A DNA stretch of 64,000 nucleotides from an uncultured Gemmatimonadales bacterium (lineage in GTDB: Bacteria; Gemmatimonadota; Gemmatimonadetes; Gemmatimonadales; GWC2-71-9), in contig CAVUAK010000002.1 of assembly GCA_963739455.1 (NCBI GenBank), forward strand, positions 384,001-448,000, read 5' to 3'. A program made the translations under genes and the position numbers. Every line of letters begins with the position of its first letter. Within the stretch, counting starts at the first letter, position 1. The notes beneath the pieces were generated by a model. It was not told the DNA's origin, did not search any database, and saw only the letters and a list, made by a program, of their open reading frames with translations. Positions 44,566 through 57,150 of the stretch are shown in pieces.

Positions 44566-46392
44566 ATGATGAAGTCGGTTCGCAACGTCACCACCAAGGT
44601 GGCTGCCGTAATTTTCGGGCTCCTGATGCTCCTCTTTGTCCTGCAATTGAGCGGGATATTTGATCGCAGCTCGGGAAGCACTCTTTCCTCCACCTCGGTT
44701 GGCAAGATCAACGGTCAGGCGATCGATGCTCGTGCCTATCAGGCGGCGGTACAGCAGACGATCGACAACCAGCAGAGGCAGACCCCGGGCCGCCTGGGCA
44801 TGGAGCAGACCGAGCAGATCCGCAACCAGGTCTGGGACCAGTTCGTGGATCGCGCGGTCATGGAGTCGCAGTACAAGAAGTACGGCATCACGGTGGAGCA
44901 GGACGAGATCCTGAACGCCATGCGGACCCAGCCGATCCAGGACCTCGTCCGGTCCCAGGAGTTCCAGACCGACGGCCAGTTCGACCTGGCGAAGTACCAG
45001 CGCTGGCTTGCATCCCCCGGTGCCGCCCCGTACCTGGAAATCCTCGCGGCGCAGTATCGCGACGACATTCGCCGCTCCAAGCTGTTGCAGGCCGTCACCG
45101 CTGACGTCTACGTCTCCGATGCGGCCCTCTGGCAGCAGTTCCGCGACGCCAACGAGTTGGTGACGATCAGCCTGACCGCCATCCTGCCGCGCAACGCAGT
45201 GGCGGATTCGCTGGTGACGGTGACGCCCGCCGAGGTGGCCGAGTACTACAAGCAGCACCAGAGCACGTTTGAGCGCCCCAAGACCGCCTTCGTCACCTAC
45301 GTCTCGCTGCCGAGCTTCCCCGATGCCTCGGACACGGCGGCAGCACTTGCCCGTGCCCAGCAGGTTCGCGCCGAGATCGTCGGTGGCGCGCCGTTCGGTG
45401 AGGTGGCGCAGCGCGAATCGTCCGACAGTGTTTCCGCGAAGAACGGCGGCGACCTGGGTGAGTGGAAGAAGGGCGACATGGACGCGGCCTTCGATGCGGC
45501 GGCCTTTTCCCTGCCCATCAACGCGGTGTCCCAGCCGGTGCTGTCGCAGTTCGGGTATCACGTCATTCAGGTCAGCAGCCGCTCAGGCGACAAGGCCAAG
45601 GCGCGCCATGTCCTGATCCCCATTGAAGTCTCGGGCACGCACCGCGATCGGCTTGAAGCTCAGGCAGATTCGCTGGACCGGCTGGGTGACCAGAAGGTCA
45701 GCCCGGCCGCCTTCAGCGATCTCGCCAAGGCGATGGGCCTGGAAGTGCGGACCACGTCGGTCCAGCAGGGGACACAGGTCCTCGACGGCAATGTCGTGGT
45801 TCCTGACGCCGGCATCTGGGCATTCCAGGCCGCGCCGGGCACTGCCAGCCCCGTCATCGAGACCAACTTTGCGTTCTACCTGTTCCGGCTCGACAGCCTG
45901 ACCAAGAGCGGCGTCCCGGCACTGGCCGATATTCGCGGCTCCGTTGAATCGGCGGTGCGCGACGAGAAGAAGGTCGGGAAGGCGCGTGAGCTTGCACAGG
46001 CGTACATCGCCCGGCTGGACAAGGGTGAGACGCTGCCGGACGCCGCCAAGGCGATGGGCTTCCCCAACCGCCAGTTTGGCCCGTTCGCGCGGGTACAGCC
46101 GCCCATCCAGAGTGGCCAGGTGGTCGGCACGGCATTCGTGCTGAAGCCCGGCGAGCACTCCGGCGCCATCGAGACGCCCCAGGGCATCTACGTCCTGGAG
46201 ACCGTCACCATTGTTCCCGCCGACTCGGCGCGCTTCGTCAAGGATCAGGAGAAGCTGCGGACCGACTCGATTCGCCGGGCGCGCCAGAACAGGGTGCGGA
46301 ACTACCTGCAGGCGCTCAAGGATGCCGCCAAGATCGTGGACAACCGGGCGGAGCTCTACCAGCGCACCCAGGCGCAGCAGGCAGCGTCGTAG
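44566..46392 (+). CDS. SurA/PpiD-like parvulin peptidyl-prolyl isomerase chaperone
   Basis: N-terminal TM anchor, VGKINGQAI, parvulin motifs SAKNGGDLG, FDAAAF, SQFGYHVI, RHVLI. Confidence 0.9.
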   Translation: MMKSVRNVTTKVAAVIFGLLMLLFVLQLSGIFDRSSGSTLSSTSVGKINGQAIDARAYQAAVQQTIDNQQRQTPGRLGMEQTEQIRNQVWDQFVDRAVMESQYKKYGITVEQDEILNAMRTQPIQDLVRSQEFQTDGQFDLAKYQRWLASPGAAPYLEILAAQYRDDIRRSKLLQAVTADVYVSDAALWQQFRDANELVTISLTAILPRNAVADSLVTVTPAEVAEYYKQHQSTFERPKTAFVTYVSLPSFPDASDTAAALARAQQVRAEIVGGAPFGEVAQRESSDSVSAKNGGDLGEWKKGDMDAAFDAAAFSLPINAVSQPVLSQFGYHVIQVSSRSGDKAKARHVLIPIEVSGTHRDRLEAQADSLDRLGDQKVSPAAFSDLAKAMGLEVRTTSVQQGTQVLDGNVVVPDAGIWAFQAAPGTASPVIETNFAFYLFRLDSLTKSGVPALADIRGSVESAVRDEKKVGKARELAQAYIARLDKGETLPDAAKAMGFPNRQFGPFARVQPPIQSGQVVGTAFVLKPGEHSGAIETPQGIYVLETVTIVPADSARFVKDQEKLRTDSIRRARQNRVRNYLQALKDAAKIVDNRAELYQRTQAQQAAS

Positions 46393-46420
46393 CGTCGTAG
46401 CGTCAGGCAGTACAGCGAAA

Positions 46421-46454
46421 GAAGAAGGGGCGACCATTCGGTCGCCCCTCCTTC
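46421..46454. terminator. Hairpin between convergent ppiD-like and tatA genes (probable terminator)
   Basis: GAAGAAGGGGCGACC-ATTC-GGTCGCCCCTCCTTC. Confidence 0.7.
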
Positions 46455-46487
46455 ACGTCTGCACCTCGCACAGCGCCGGACCGACGC

Positions 46488-46736
46488 CTACTGTGACAGC
46501 CGCTTCGGCTCACCCGTAGACTGCGGCGGTGCCTGGCTCGCGTCCATTTGACGCGATGGAAGGCTCTGGTGCGAATCCTGGCGCATGACCTCGTCCTGGG
46601 TATCGGTCAGGCTCCTCTTGAACTCGCGGATCCCCTTCCCGATCGAGGCCCCAACCTCCGGCAGGCGCTTCGCCCCGAAAACGAGCAGCACCACCAGCAG
46701 GATGATCATGATCTCGGAAAAACCGAGGTTTCCCAT
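46488..46736 (-). CDS. tatA: Twin-arginine translocase TatA/TatE
   Basis: LLVFGAKRLPEVGASIGKGIREFK; GGAGG RBS. Confidence 0.95.
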   Translation of the reverse strand: MGNLGFSEIMIILLVVLLVFGAKRLPEVGASIGKGIREFKRSLTDTQDEVMRQDSHQSLPSRQMDASQAPPQSTGEPKRLSQ

Positions 46737-46745
46737 GGCGACCTC

Positions 46746-47021
46746 CTAGAAGAGCGACCGCGCGATCAGGTAAGCGAGCACCACCCCGATCAGGCCCAGC
46801 AGGGAGACGTGCAGCCCTACCGGACCCAGCGTGAAAGTTAGCACCAACAGATCGGCCGACACAGGCCCGACCGTGGGCGTCCAGGTACTGGTGAAGAAGG
46901 TCTTGGCGGCGCTGTCAGGCATCCAGCGCTGGAGCAATGCATTGAGGAACCCACCGACGATGAAGCCGGAAACCAGCACTCCCAGGTAGAACCCGGGTCG
47001 TCTCGGACCAGCCCGCATCAT
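46746..47021 (-). CDS. Small membrane protein (DUF4321-like)
   Basis: Two hydrophobic segments around GPVSADLLVLTFTLGP. Confidence 0.65.
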   Translation of the reverse strand: MMRAGPRRPGFYLGVLVSGFIVGGFLNALLQRWMPDSAAKTFFTSTWTPTVGPVSADLLVLTFTLGPVGLHVSLLGLIGVVLAYLIARSLF

Positions 47022-48003
47022 CGCTTGCGGTCCGCCACATAGGCGATCGAGGCGCGGAGCGCCTCACGAGCCGGCGACGACGGCAGTACGTCGAGTTCAC
47101 CCTCCGCCTGCTGGGCGAACCGCAGCGCGCGCTCCCGGGCGTAGTCGAGCCCGCCGGCGCGCGCCACCGCCTCGACGACCTCGGCAACCTGGTCGCTGCT
47201 TGGCTCCGGTGTCTGCAGCAGCCGGGTGACGGCCTGGCGCTCGGCACCGGTGAGGTTCGGCAGGGCCGCGATGAGTGGCAAGGTGACCTTGTGCTCCTTG
47301 AGATCGAGCCCCGACGGCTTGCCGGTGACGCTCTGGTCCTCGGTGTAGTCGAGCAGGTCGTCGACCATCTGGAATGCCATGCCCAGCGCCTGGCCGAAGC
47401 GCGCCAGTGCCGCGCGCACCTCCGGCGTCGCGCGCTGCGCCCCGACTTCGCAGGCGCCGGAAATGAGCGAGGCGGTCTTGGCCCGGATGAGCAGGTCGTA
47501 CTGCTCCTCGGTGAACTGCAGCCGGTCATGCGCCAGCAGCTGCCGCATCTCGCCCACCGTCATCTCGTTGGTGACCCGGCTCAGGACCCGCAGCGCATCG
47601 AGGTCACTCAGGTTCACCAGCTCGATCACGGCGCGGGAATACAGGTAGTCGCCCATGATCACCGACACCTGGTGACTGAACAGGCTGTTGATCGTCGGCA
47701 TGCCGCGTCGCAGCACGGAATGATCGACCGAATCGTCGTGCACCAGCGTGGCCAGGTGGATCAGCTCGATGGTCGCGGCAAGCGGAACGGCACGAGGATC
47801 GGGACCGCCGGTCGCCTCGTCGGTGAGCAGGGTGAGCGTGGGACGGAACATCTTCCCCTGCATCTGGAAGAGGTGCGCGTTCACGTCGGCGATGAGGTTG
47901 AAGTCCGCCTCGACGATGCGTCGCAGCTCGGCCTGTACCTGCGGCAGGCGGTGCAGGATCGGCGCCTGGACCGTCGCGAGGCTCACCGACGCCACCTCGG
48001 AAC

Positions 48004-48007
<4 letters not shown>
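47018..48007 (-). CDS. Polyprenyl diphosphate synthase (IspB/HepT-like)
   Basis: GKMFRP, ELIHLATLVHDDSVD, RRG, KTA, FQMVDDLLD, GKPSGLD. Confidence 0.93.
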
Positions 48008-50650
<2,643 letters not shown>

Positions 50651-50694
50651 TCGGCTCGGCCCGGCGATTGGGGAAACTCAGGAGCGGCTTGCAC

Positions 50695-52216
50695 TTAGGG
50701 AAGATAGGAAGGCGCAAGCTCCCCCGCTAGCACCCTCGAGGCCAACCGCTCCAGGTCGGGAGCCGGCGGCCGATCGGCGCCCAGCGGGGGAACGCCGCCA
50801 ACCGGCGAGCGGACCTTCTCGTACAGCTCGATCACGCCCTTGCCTGGCTGGAGCGGCTTCAGGAACTCGAGTCCCTGGGCTCCGCACAGCAGCTCGGCAC
50901 TGATGACATGGGCGGCATTGTCGGAGGATCCGGGACGCCTTGAAGGCCGCCGCCATGCCCATGGGGACGAAGTCCTCCTGGTTGGCGTCCGTCGGAATTG
51001 AGCCGATGCTGGCCGGCATGGCGATGCTCCGAGACTCGGCCACCAGGGACGCCGCGGTGATCTGGACCATCATGTAGCCGGATGAGAGCCCGGGGTTGTC
51101 CGTGAGGAAGGCCGGCAGTCCCTGCGACAGGTCGGGGTTCACCAGGCGCTCCACCCGTCGCTCTGCGATTGCCTGCAGCGTCGTCAGGGCGATCGCCAGG
51201 AAATCGAGGGCCTGCGCCACCGGCTGTCCGTGGAAGTTCCCGCCGGAGAGCACCTCGCCCGACTCGAACACGAGCGGATTGTCGGTTGACGCATTGAGCT
51301 CGATGCGAGCCACTCCCTCGACGAAACGAATCGCATCGAGCACGGCCCCGAGCACCTGGGGCGAGCACCGCAGGCTGTAGGCGTCCTGCACCCGGTCGTC
51401 GTTCTCGCGATGTGACTCCCGGATCTCACTCGCCTCGAGCAGCTGCCGCAGGAGGGCGGCGGCCTCGATCTGCCCCGGGTGCGGACGGTTGTCGTGGATG
51501 CGGGGATCGAGCGGCACCGGTGTGCCGCGAAGGGCCTCCAGCGACATCGCCGCGGCGCCGACGGCGGTGCGCCAGACCAGGTCGGCATCGTGCACCAGGA
51601 GCGCGAGCATCGCGGTCTGTGCCTGCGTGCCGTTGATGAAGGAGATGCCTTCCTTCGGCGCAAAGCTGAATGGCTCGAGTCCCGCGGCCCGGAGCGCGGC
51701 ACCGGCGGCGCGCCCATCCGACAGGGATCCCTCACCCATCAGGACCAGTGCGATATGGCTCAGTGGCGCGAGATCGCCGCTGGCACCGACGCTTCCCTGC
51801 TCCGGCACCGCCGGCACCAGTCCGCTGTTGATGAGTGCCACCAGCGCGTCCACCAGCTCAGGTCGTACACCACTGGTGGGGCGGATCAGTACGTTGGCCC
51901 TGAGCACCATCACCCCGCGCACGACGTCGGCCGGCATCAGCGCCCCGACGCCGGCAGCATGGCTCCGAATCAGGTTCACCTGCAGCTGCTCCAGCTGGTC
52001 AGGCGCGATGCGGACGTTGGCGAGCTTCCCGAACCCGGTGTTGATGCCGTAGATCGTGGCACCCGATGCGACCGCCGCATTCACCCGCCCCCGGCTCGCG
52101 GCAAGTGCCGCACGCGCTTCGGGAGCTACTGCGATCGAGGTGGCGGGATCGCGCGCAACCCGGACCACATCGGCGATGGTGAGGGACGAGCCGTCGAGAA
52201 TGAGGTTCTGGGGCAT
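50695..52216 (-). CDS. hutH: Histidine ammonia-lyase (C-terminal frameshifts)
   Basis: YGINTGFG, SVGASGDLAPL (MIO), INGTQ, QDAYSLRC, GGNFHG, NQEDFV. Confidence 0.93.
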
Positions 52217-52311
52217 GGGCCAAAATAACCGGGCGGACATGAGGCGACAGGCACGGCAGGAGATGAACCTGGTACCTGCTGCCTGACTTCCTGCCGCCGA
52301 CTTCCTGCCCG

Positions 52312-53442
52312 CTAGCGCATTCGAATCAGCTGCGGATTTCCCGGATCCGTCTGGAACGACCAGTCGATGATCGTGAATTCAGTGCCCACGTGCGTCGCTC
52401 GCACGGCACCGTAGCGCAGGAAGCCATCCGGCGACCCGGTGATCTGGATGACGTAGCCGTATCCCGGCAGCAGCTGGACAGGGGTGTGACTGTACCCGCC
52501 CACCGGTGCGATGTCGATGCTCGTCAGGTCGGGAATCGGACCGCCAGAATAGAGCGCCACCGAGGCCTCCGCGCGCACCGGCGTCAGCCAGAGCTGGCCG
52601 GCCCCATCGCGCTCGATGGAAAAATCGGCGCTGGGTGATGCGCCCGCGAGTACGAGGCCCAGTTCACTGTCTTGTGCCAGGCCATCGTTGTTCTGGTCGC
52701 GCCAGAAGCGGAAGCCGCTCTGCGCCGCGTCGAACTGTGAGGAGGTGATCGCAATGTTGCGCGCGTCAGGACGCGGGGTGTCGTCCACAATCGGCGACCA
52801 GAGGCTCTCGAAGCCCTCGATGGTCACCGCCGACACACCGAAACAGCGTGGGAAGCCATTGGGCAACGCCCCGGCAATGAACTCCGGGGCCACCGTGGTA
52901 CCCTCGAGCACCCAGCCGGTATCGAGGCAGAGACCGGTGTCGAGGTTGAACGGGGTGCTGAATATGCGATAGGTCCGGAAGCCGGCGGGGTCAGCCTCAA
53001 AAGGATTGTCCGTCCACGCCAGCGCCACCGCGCCGTTGAGGCTCGTACTGAACAGCTGGTTGACGCGTGGCAGGGTCAGCCGTTCGTCTACCGTCACGAC
53101 ATTGCTGCCCACCGACTCGAATCCGTCGAAGTCCACGGCCGTGACGTAGTACTGCAATTCCGGCACACCCTGGTCGTGGAAGCTGTTCGACGTGGTCGTG
53201 CCCCGCAGCACGAAGGCCTGTGACGTGTTGCTGCGCGAGTAGATGTTCCACACGTTGACGCTTCCATCGGTCACCTGGTCCCACTCCAACAGTGTCGCCA
53301 CCGGGATCGTGGCCGGCCCGCCCGAGGTCACGTCATAGAACAGGTTCGTGGGAGGTGGCAACGTTCCCCCTCCCGGCGCCACGATGTTGTTCGTGGTGCA
53401 GGCCGCGAGCAGCAGGAGCGCGAGCGAGAGCCGGCGGGGCAT
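52312..53442 (-). CDS. Hypothetical lipoprotein with two fibronectin-III-like modules
   Basis: MPRRLSLALLLLAA/C lipobox; duplicated W...Y.I...V[TS]AV..[DE]GFES pattern. Confidence 0.7.
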   Translation of the reverse strand: MPRRLSLALLLLAACTTNNIVAPGGGTLPPPTNLFYDVTSGGPATIPVATLLEWDQVTDGSVNVWNIYSRSNTSQAFVLRGTTTSNSFHDQGVPELQYYVTAVDFDGFESVGSNVVTVDERLTLPRVNQLFSTSLNGAVALAWTDNPFEADPAGFRTYRIFSTPFNLDTGLCLDTGWVLEGTTVAPEFIAGALPNGFPRCFGVSAVTIEGFESLWSPIVDDTPRPDARNIAITSSQFDAAQSGFRFWRDQNNDGLAQDSELGLVLAGASPSADFSIERDGAGQLWLTPVRAEASVALYSGGPIPDLTSIDIAPVGGYSHTPVQLLPGYGYVIQITGSPDGFLRYGAVRATHVGTEFTIIDWSFQTDPGNPQLIRMR

Positions 53443-53479
53443 GGCGTTGTTTCTCCGAGAGGTGATGCAAGGAGCGCTG

Positions 53480-53496
53480 AGCAGGGAGTATGCCAA
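53480..53496 (-). promoter_or_regulatory. Sigma54 (-24/-12) promoter of the lipoprotein gene
   Basis: Minus strand TTGGCATACTCCCTGCT (GG-N10-GC), ending 38 nt upstream of ATG 53442. Confidence 0.65.
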
Positions 53497-53607
53497 TGAG
53501 GGTGTGAAGACGTGAGGGCGTGAAGACGTGAGGCCTATCTTACGCGATACCAATGCCTTTCAGCATTCGGTCACCTCACCTCCTCACGTCTTCACGTCCT
53601 CACGTCT
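53497..53607. repeat. Inverted repeat built from ACGTGA[AG]G octamers
   Basis: 53508-53533 matches the reverse complement of 53582-53607 at 25/26 positions; 48-nt spacer. Confidence 0.85.
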
Positions 53608-53636
53608 CCGAAGGGCGTCGCCGCCCAAGGACAGCG

Positions 53637-56600
53637 TCACTGCTCGAACGTCGTCTGCTGGTAGTCATAGCGCAGCTCGGGCAGATCCGTCAGGAACACC
53701 GAGAAGAAGAACGCGAAGTTGCCGTTGGCATTCCGGACGAACCGGAATGACGCCCGCCATTCGTGAAGCTCGCGCGCCAGCGACACCGTCTGCGACTCGA
53801 AGCGCCCCTGGCTGAAGTTGTACTGCGCCTGCCACGACACAGCCCAGAACTGCGTGGGCGTGAATTGCAGCGAGTAGTTCAGGGAGACCTGGTCCTGCGG
53901 CGTGACGAGCGGCGCAGGCAGCGGCCGGAATCGCTGTACCGTGACGGCGAAATTCGAGGTGAAGCCACGCTGCCCCCCCGCCCCCGTGTTGCTGTAGCTC
54001 GACGCCGGCCGGATCGGCCGGCTCCCCTGGTTCTGCAGGTAGTTGTCCCGGTTCGGGTCGTTCAGGGTGCTCTGCAGTGCGCCCTGCGGCTGCCCACCTA
54101 CTCCCTTCATGGAACCGCCGAACAGTGAGCGCAGTGTCGCGCTCGAGATGCCGAAGGTCGCATTCAGGTTGCTGAGGAAGGGCGAGAACTGCGAGGTATC
54201 CACGCCGGCCAGGCCACGCCACAGGTCGATCCCGAACCCCAGCGTGAACCCCGGCAGCAGGTCGCTGAGCACCGAGTTCGTGATCTGCTGCGTGACCCAG
54301 CCGCTGCCGCCGGGCTCTCCCGCCCGCTGGAAGTTGTAGCTGAATGGGCTCGTCTGGATGCTCAACAGGCGAAACCGCCTCGTCTGGGTGCCGAGGGTAT
54401 CGTCCGGCGCGGGCTTGACCTTCACCTCGAAATTCTGGTTGAGTGCGAGGGTGAGGAGGTTCTCCGGCTGGCTGCGGAGCAGTTGTTCCTGGCCGGGCAG
54501 GGCGATCGCCGCGGCATACGCCGCCGGCACGGTCGCCGCCGGCGCAAACGACCATGTCAACAGCGGATTGATGCTGTGCCGCATGCGGCTCAGCCCGGGG
54601 ATGAAGCCGACGTTGAAGAAGGCGAAGAATGTCGGCGTCATCGACAGGCTGAACCGGGCGCGCTTTCCCTGCACCACCCAATCGCCGTCCGTGTTCCGGT
54701 TGCGGATGGCGAAGGGCCCCGACGTCACGTTCTGCACGCCGATGCTCGGCTGGATTTTCCAGGTGCCGTGCAACAGGAATGGCAGGTTGATGCCGGTGTC
54801 CCAGTCGAGCGAGCCCTGAAAGCGGTTGGCAAAATACCTGACCGTCGTGTCCGCCGGGTTGTCCGGGTCGGGCCCGAATGTGGAGTCCCGTCCACTGACA
54901 TTGGCGTCGGAGTAGCTCACCGAGTTCTGCCAGTTGAAGCTGCCGAAACGAAACGGCGTGGAAAGCCGGGCCGAGGTGGTGCGCGAATCGACCGTGAGTT
55001 GCACCGAGTCGATGGCGCCGCTCGGGGTCACGAACCTGAGGAACCCCCGAGGCTGGTCGAACGTCTGGTCCTGGCTGAAGGCAAACGCCGGCGACCAGGT
55101 CGAGTTGGAACCAAGGGCAATCGGCCTGGGCGTCACGTCGAGCGAAGGCAGTGTCTGCGTGACGCTCCCATTCGTGATGTCCTGCCGGCGGTTGCCGCCG
55201 ATGTTGACGGCGCCCCAGCGGTACTGCTTGGTGAAGCGCAACTGGCTGCTGATCTGCTGCGTGTTGATGAGTGGGTCGATGGCGTTGTTGTTGATGACCT
55301 GGGTATTGGTCGCATAGCCGATCGACAGGGCGATATTCGTCGTCAGGCTGAACTTCTGCGCATGGTCCCAGCGCAGCTGGAGGCTCGAGCCCCCGTCCGT
55401 CTCCCACTGCTTGTTGATGGCGAAGGTGCCACTGAGGAACCGGTTGAGCCAGCGGTAATCGGTCTGGAAGCCGAGGGCCACGTAGCGTCCCGAGAACCAG
55501 TTGATCCGCCCGGTTATGTCCATGTAGTCGTTGGTGGCCCAGTAGTAGCCCAGGTTCGTGATCTGCCGGGAATAGCTGGGGGACGGGCGGATGATGTCGG
55601 AGAATCCGAAGGCCGGGATGAGCAGTCCCGAATGCCGCCCGGGCCGCAGGTCCTGGAAGATGAACGGGAGCCAGAGGACCGGAACGTCCTGGATGTAGAG
55701 CACGACCGGCCGTGCCACCAGCACGGTGTTCGACACCCACTTGATCTCGCGCGCGCTGAAGTGGTAATGCGGAATCGGGAGGTCACAACTGGTGATGTCG
55801 CCGTGGCCGGCGAAGATACGGTTGTTGACCGAGTCCTTGGCCACATCACCGCGGAGGAACCAGGTGGTGCTGCCTTGCTGGAAGTTGGTGAGGGCGTCCT
55901 TGAAGACGCCGCGCTTTTCGCAGGTGTTGTACGCCATCTCCTCGCCCACCAGGACCTGGCCCTCGTTGAACACCCTCGGGTCACCGGTCGCCTCCAGCGA
56001 GCACTGCCGCTCCTCGTAGGTGATGTCCTCCGCCTCCATCGTCGTCCCCTCCCGCTCCGTCATCGCGTGACCGTTGAGCATGAGCTGACGCTGCTCCGCC
56101 AGGATGGCGGCGGAGTCGGCGCGGTACTTGGTGACGGTGTAGCCGGGGCGCTCGAGCAGGGACCGGTAAGCGGAATCCTCCGGCGCGAAGGATTGTGATG
56201 GAGCGGTGGGAAGGCCGAGCCGGCGGGCCTGCGCTGTGTCGAGCGCCTGGCCCGGCGCGCGGGCCGGGGGAGCGCGGGTCGTGTCCTGCCCCGCCACGCG
56301 TGCCGGCGGGACCGGGATACCCTGCCCCGCAGCCGGCGTCGCGAGTCCGCCCATCAGCAACGCAAGCAGGATCATCGGCAGCATGGCCGCCCGCTCGCTC
56401 CGGAGCCGGCGGCGCGCAATCAGGGCGGCGCCGGCCACCCCGATCTCGTACAGCAGGAGGAGCGGCGCCGTCATCATCAGCATCGAGAACACATCGGCGC
56501 CCGGCGACAGCACCGCACCGGCGATAAACGAGAGCACCACCGCGTAGCGCCGGAAGCGATGGAGGTCGGCAGGGGTGACGACACCGAGCGCCGCCAGGAT

Positions 56601-57134
56601 GATGATCACGAGCGGCAGCTCGAACGAGACGCCCAGCGCGAGGATGATCTGGAGCGCGAAGCCGAACCAGGCGTCGAACGTGATCATCGGCAGCAGGGAG
56701 TCGGCCTGGAAGCTGAAGAACACCTTCAGCGCCTGCGGCACCACGAAGACGTATCCGAGCGTCGCACCGACCAGGAACAGCCCGAGACCCGCCACGAGCG
56801 CCGGCAGGATGACCTTGCGCTCGCGATCGTAGAGTGCCGGCGAGAGGAATGCCCACGCCTGGTAAATGAGCACCGGCGACGCGAGCAGGAGCCCGACGAC
56901 GAACCCGAGCTTGAAGACGATCATGAGCGGCTCGGTTGGGCTCGTGAACACGAGCTTGCCACTCGGCAGGAAGGGCTCGATCGGGGCCTTGAGCAGCTGC
57001 ACCAGGTTCAGCCGGTCCACCAGCCAGAGCCCGACGCCGAACCCGACCACGACAGCCCCGAGGGCCCGCAGCAATCGCGTGCGGAGCTCCTCGAGGTGGT
57101 CGAGGAAGGGCATTTCGCCGCCGGGTGCCGTCAT
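53637..57134 (-). CDS. tatC: TatC fused via an internal signal-peptide-like segment to an LptD-like LPS assembly protein
   Basis: aa 1-245: MPFLDHLEELR, WAFLSPALY, FELP, RRYA, SPGAD, PLLLLYE. After aa ~271: OstA-like region, ITSCD..PHYHF, PVLWLPF, RHSGLLIP, beta-barrel ending RELHEWRASF...LPELRYDY. Confidence 0.85.
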   Translation of the reverse strand: MTAPGGEMPFLDHLEELRTRLLRALGAVVVGFGVGLWLVDRLNLVQLLKAPIEPFLPSGKLVFTSPTEPLMIVFKLGFVVGLLLASPVLIYQAWAFLSPALYDRERKVILPALVAGLGLFLVGATLGYVFVVPQALKVFFSFQADSLLPMITFDAWFGFALQIILALGVSFELPLVIIILAALGVVTPADLHRFRRYAVVLSFIAGAVLSPGADVFSMLMMTAPLLLLYEIGVAGAALIARRRLRSERAAMLPMILLALLMGGLATPAAGQGIPVPPARVAGQDTTRAPPARAPGQALDTAQARRLGLPTAPSQSFAPEDSAYRSLLERPGYTVTKYRADSAAILAEQRQLMLNGHAMTEREGTTMEAEDITYEERQCSLEATGDPRVFNEGQVLVGEEMAYNTCEKRGVFKDALTNFQQGSTTWFLRGDVAKDSVNNRIFAGHGDITSCDLPIPHYHFSAREIKWVSNTVLVARPVVLYIQDVPVLWLPFIFQDLRPGRHSGLLIPAFGFSDIIRPSPSYSRQITNLGYYWATNDYMDITGRINWFSGRYVALGFQTDYRWLNRFLSGTFAINKQWETDGGSSLQLRWDHAQKFSLTTNIALSIGYATNTQVINNNAIDPLINTQQISSQLRFTKQYRWGAVNIGGNRRQDITNGSVTQTLPSLDVTPRPIALGSNSTWSPAFAFSQDQTFDQPRGFLRFVTPSGAIDSVQLTVDSRTTSARLSTPFRFGSFNWQNSVSYSDANVSGRDSTFGPDPDNPADTTVRYFANRFQGSLDWDTGINLPFLLHGTWKIQPSIGVQNVTSGPFAIRNRNTDGDWVVQGKRARFSLSMTPTFFAFFNVGFIPGLSRMRHSINPLLTWSFAPAATVPAAYAAAIALPGQEQLLRSQPENLLTLALNQNFEVKVKPAPDDTLGTQTRRFRLLSIQTSPFSYNFQRAGEPGGSGWVTQQITNSVLSDLLPGFTLGFGIDLWRGLAGVDTSQFSPFLSNLNATFGISSATLRSLFGGSMKGVGGQPQGALQSTLNDPNRDNYLQNQGSRPIRPASSYSNTGAGGQRGFTSNFAVTVQRFRPLPAPLVTPQDQVSLNYSLQFTPTQFWAVSWQAQYNFSQGRFESQTVSLARELHEWRASFRFVRNANGNFAFFFSVFLTDLPELRYDYQQTTFEQ

Positions 57135-57150
57135 GCTGGTCCGGCCAGGC

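Noticed and set aside
53497..53607. Mini CRISPR array
   Set aside because: Units are 8-nt tandem and inverted repeats without unique spacers, and there are no cas genes
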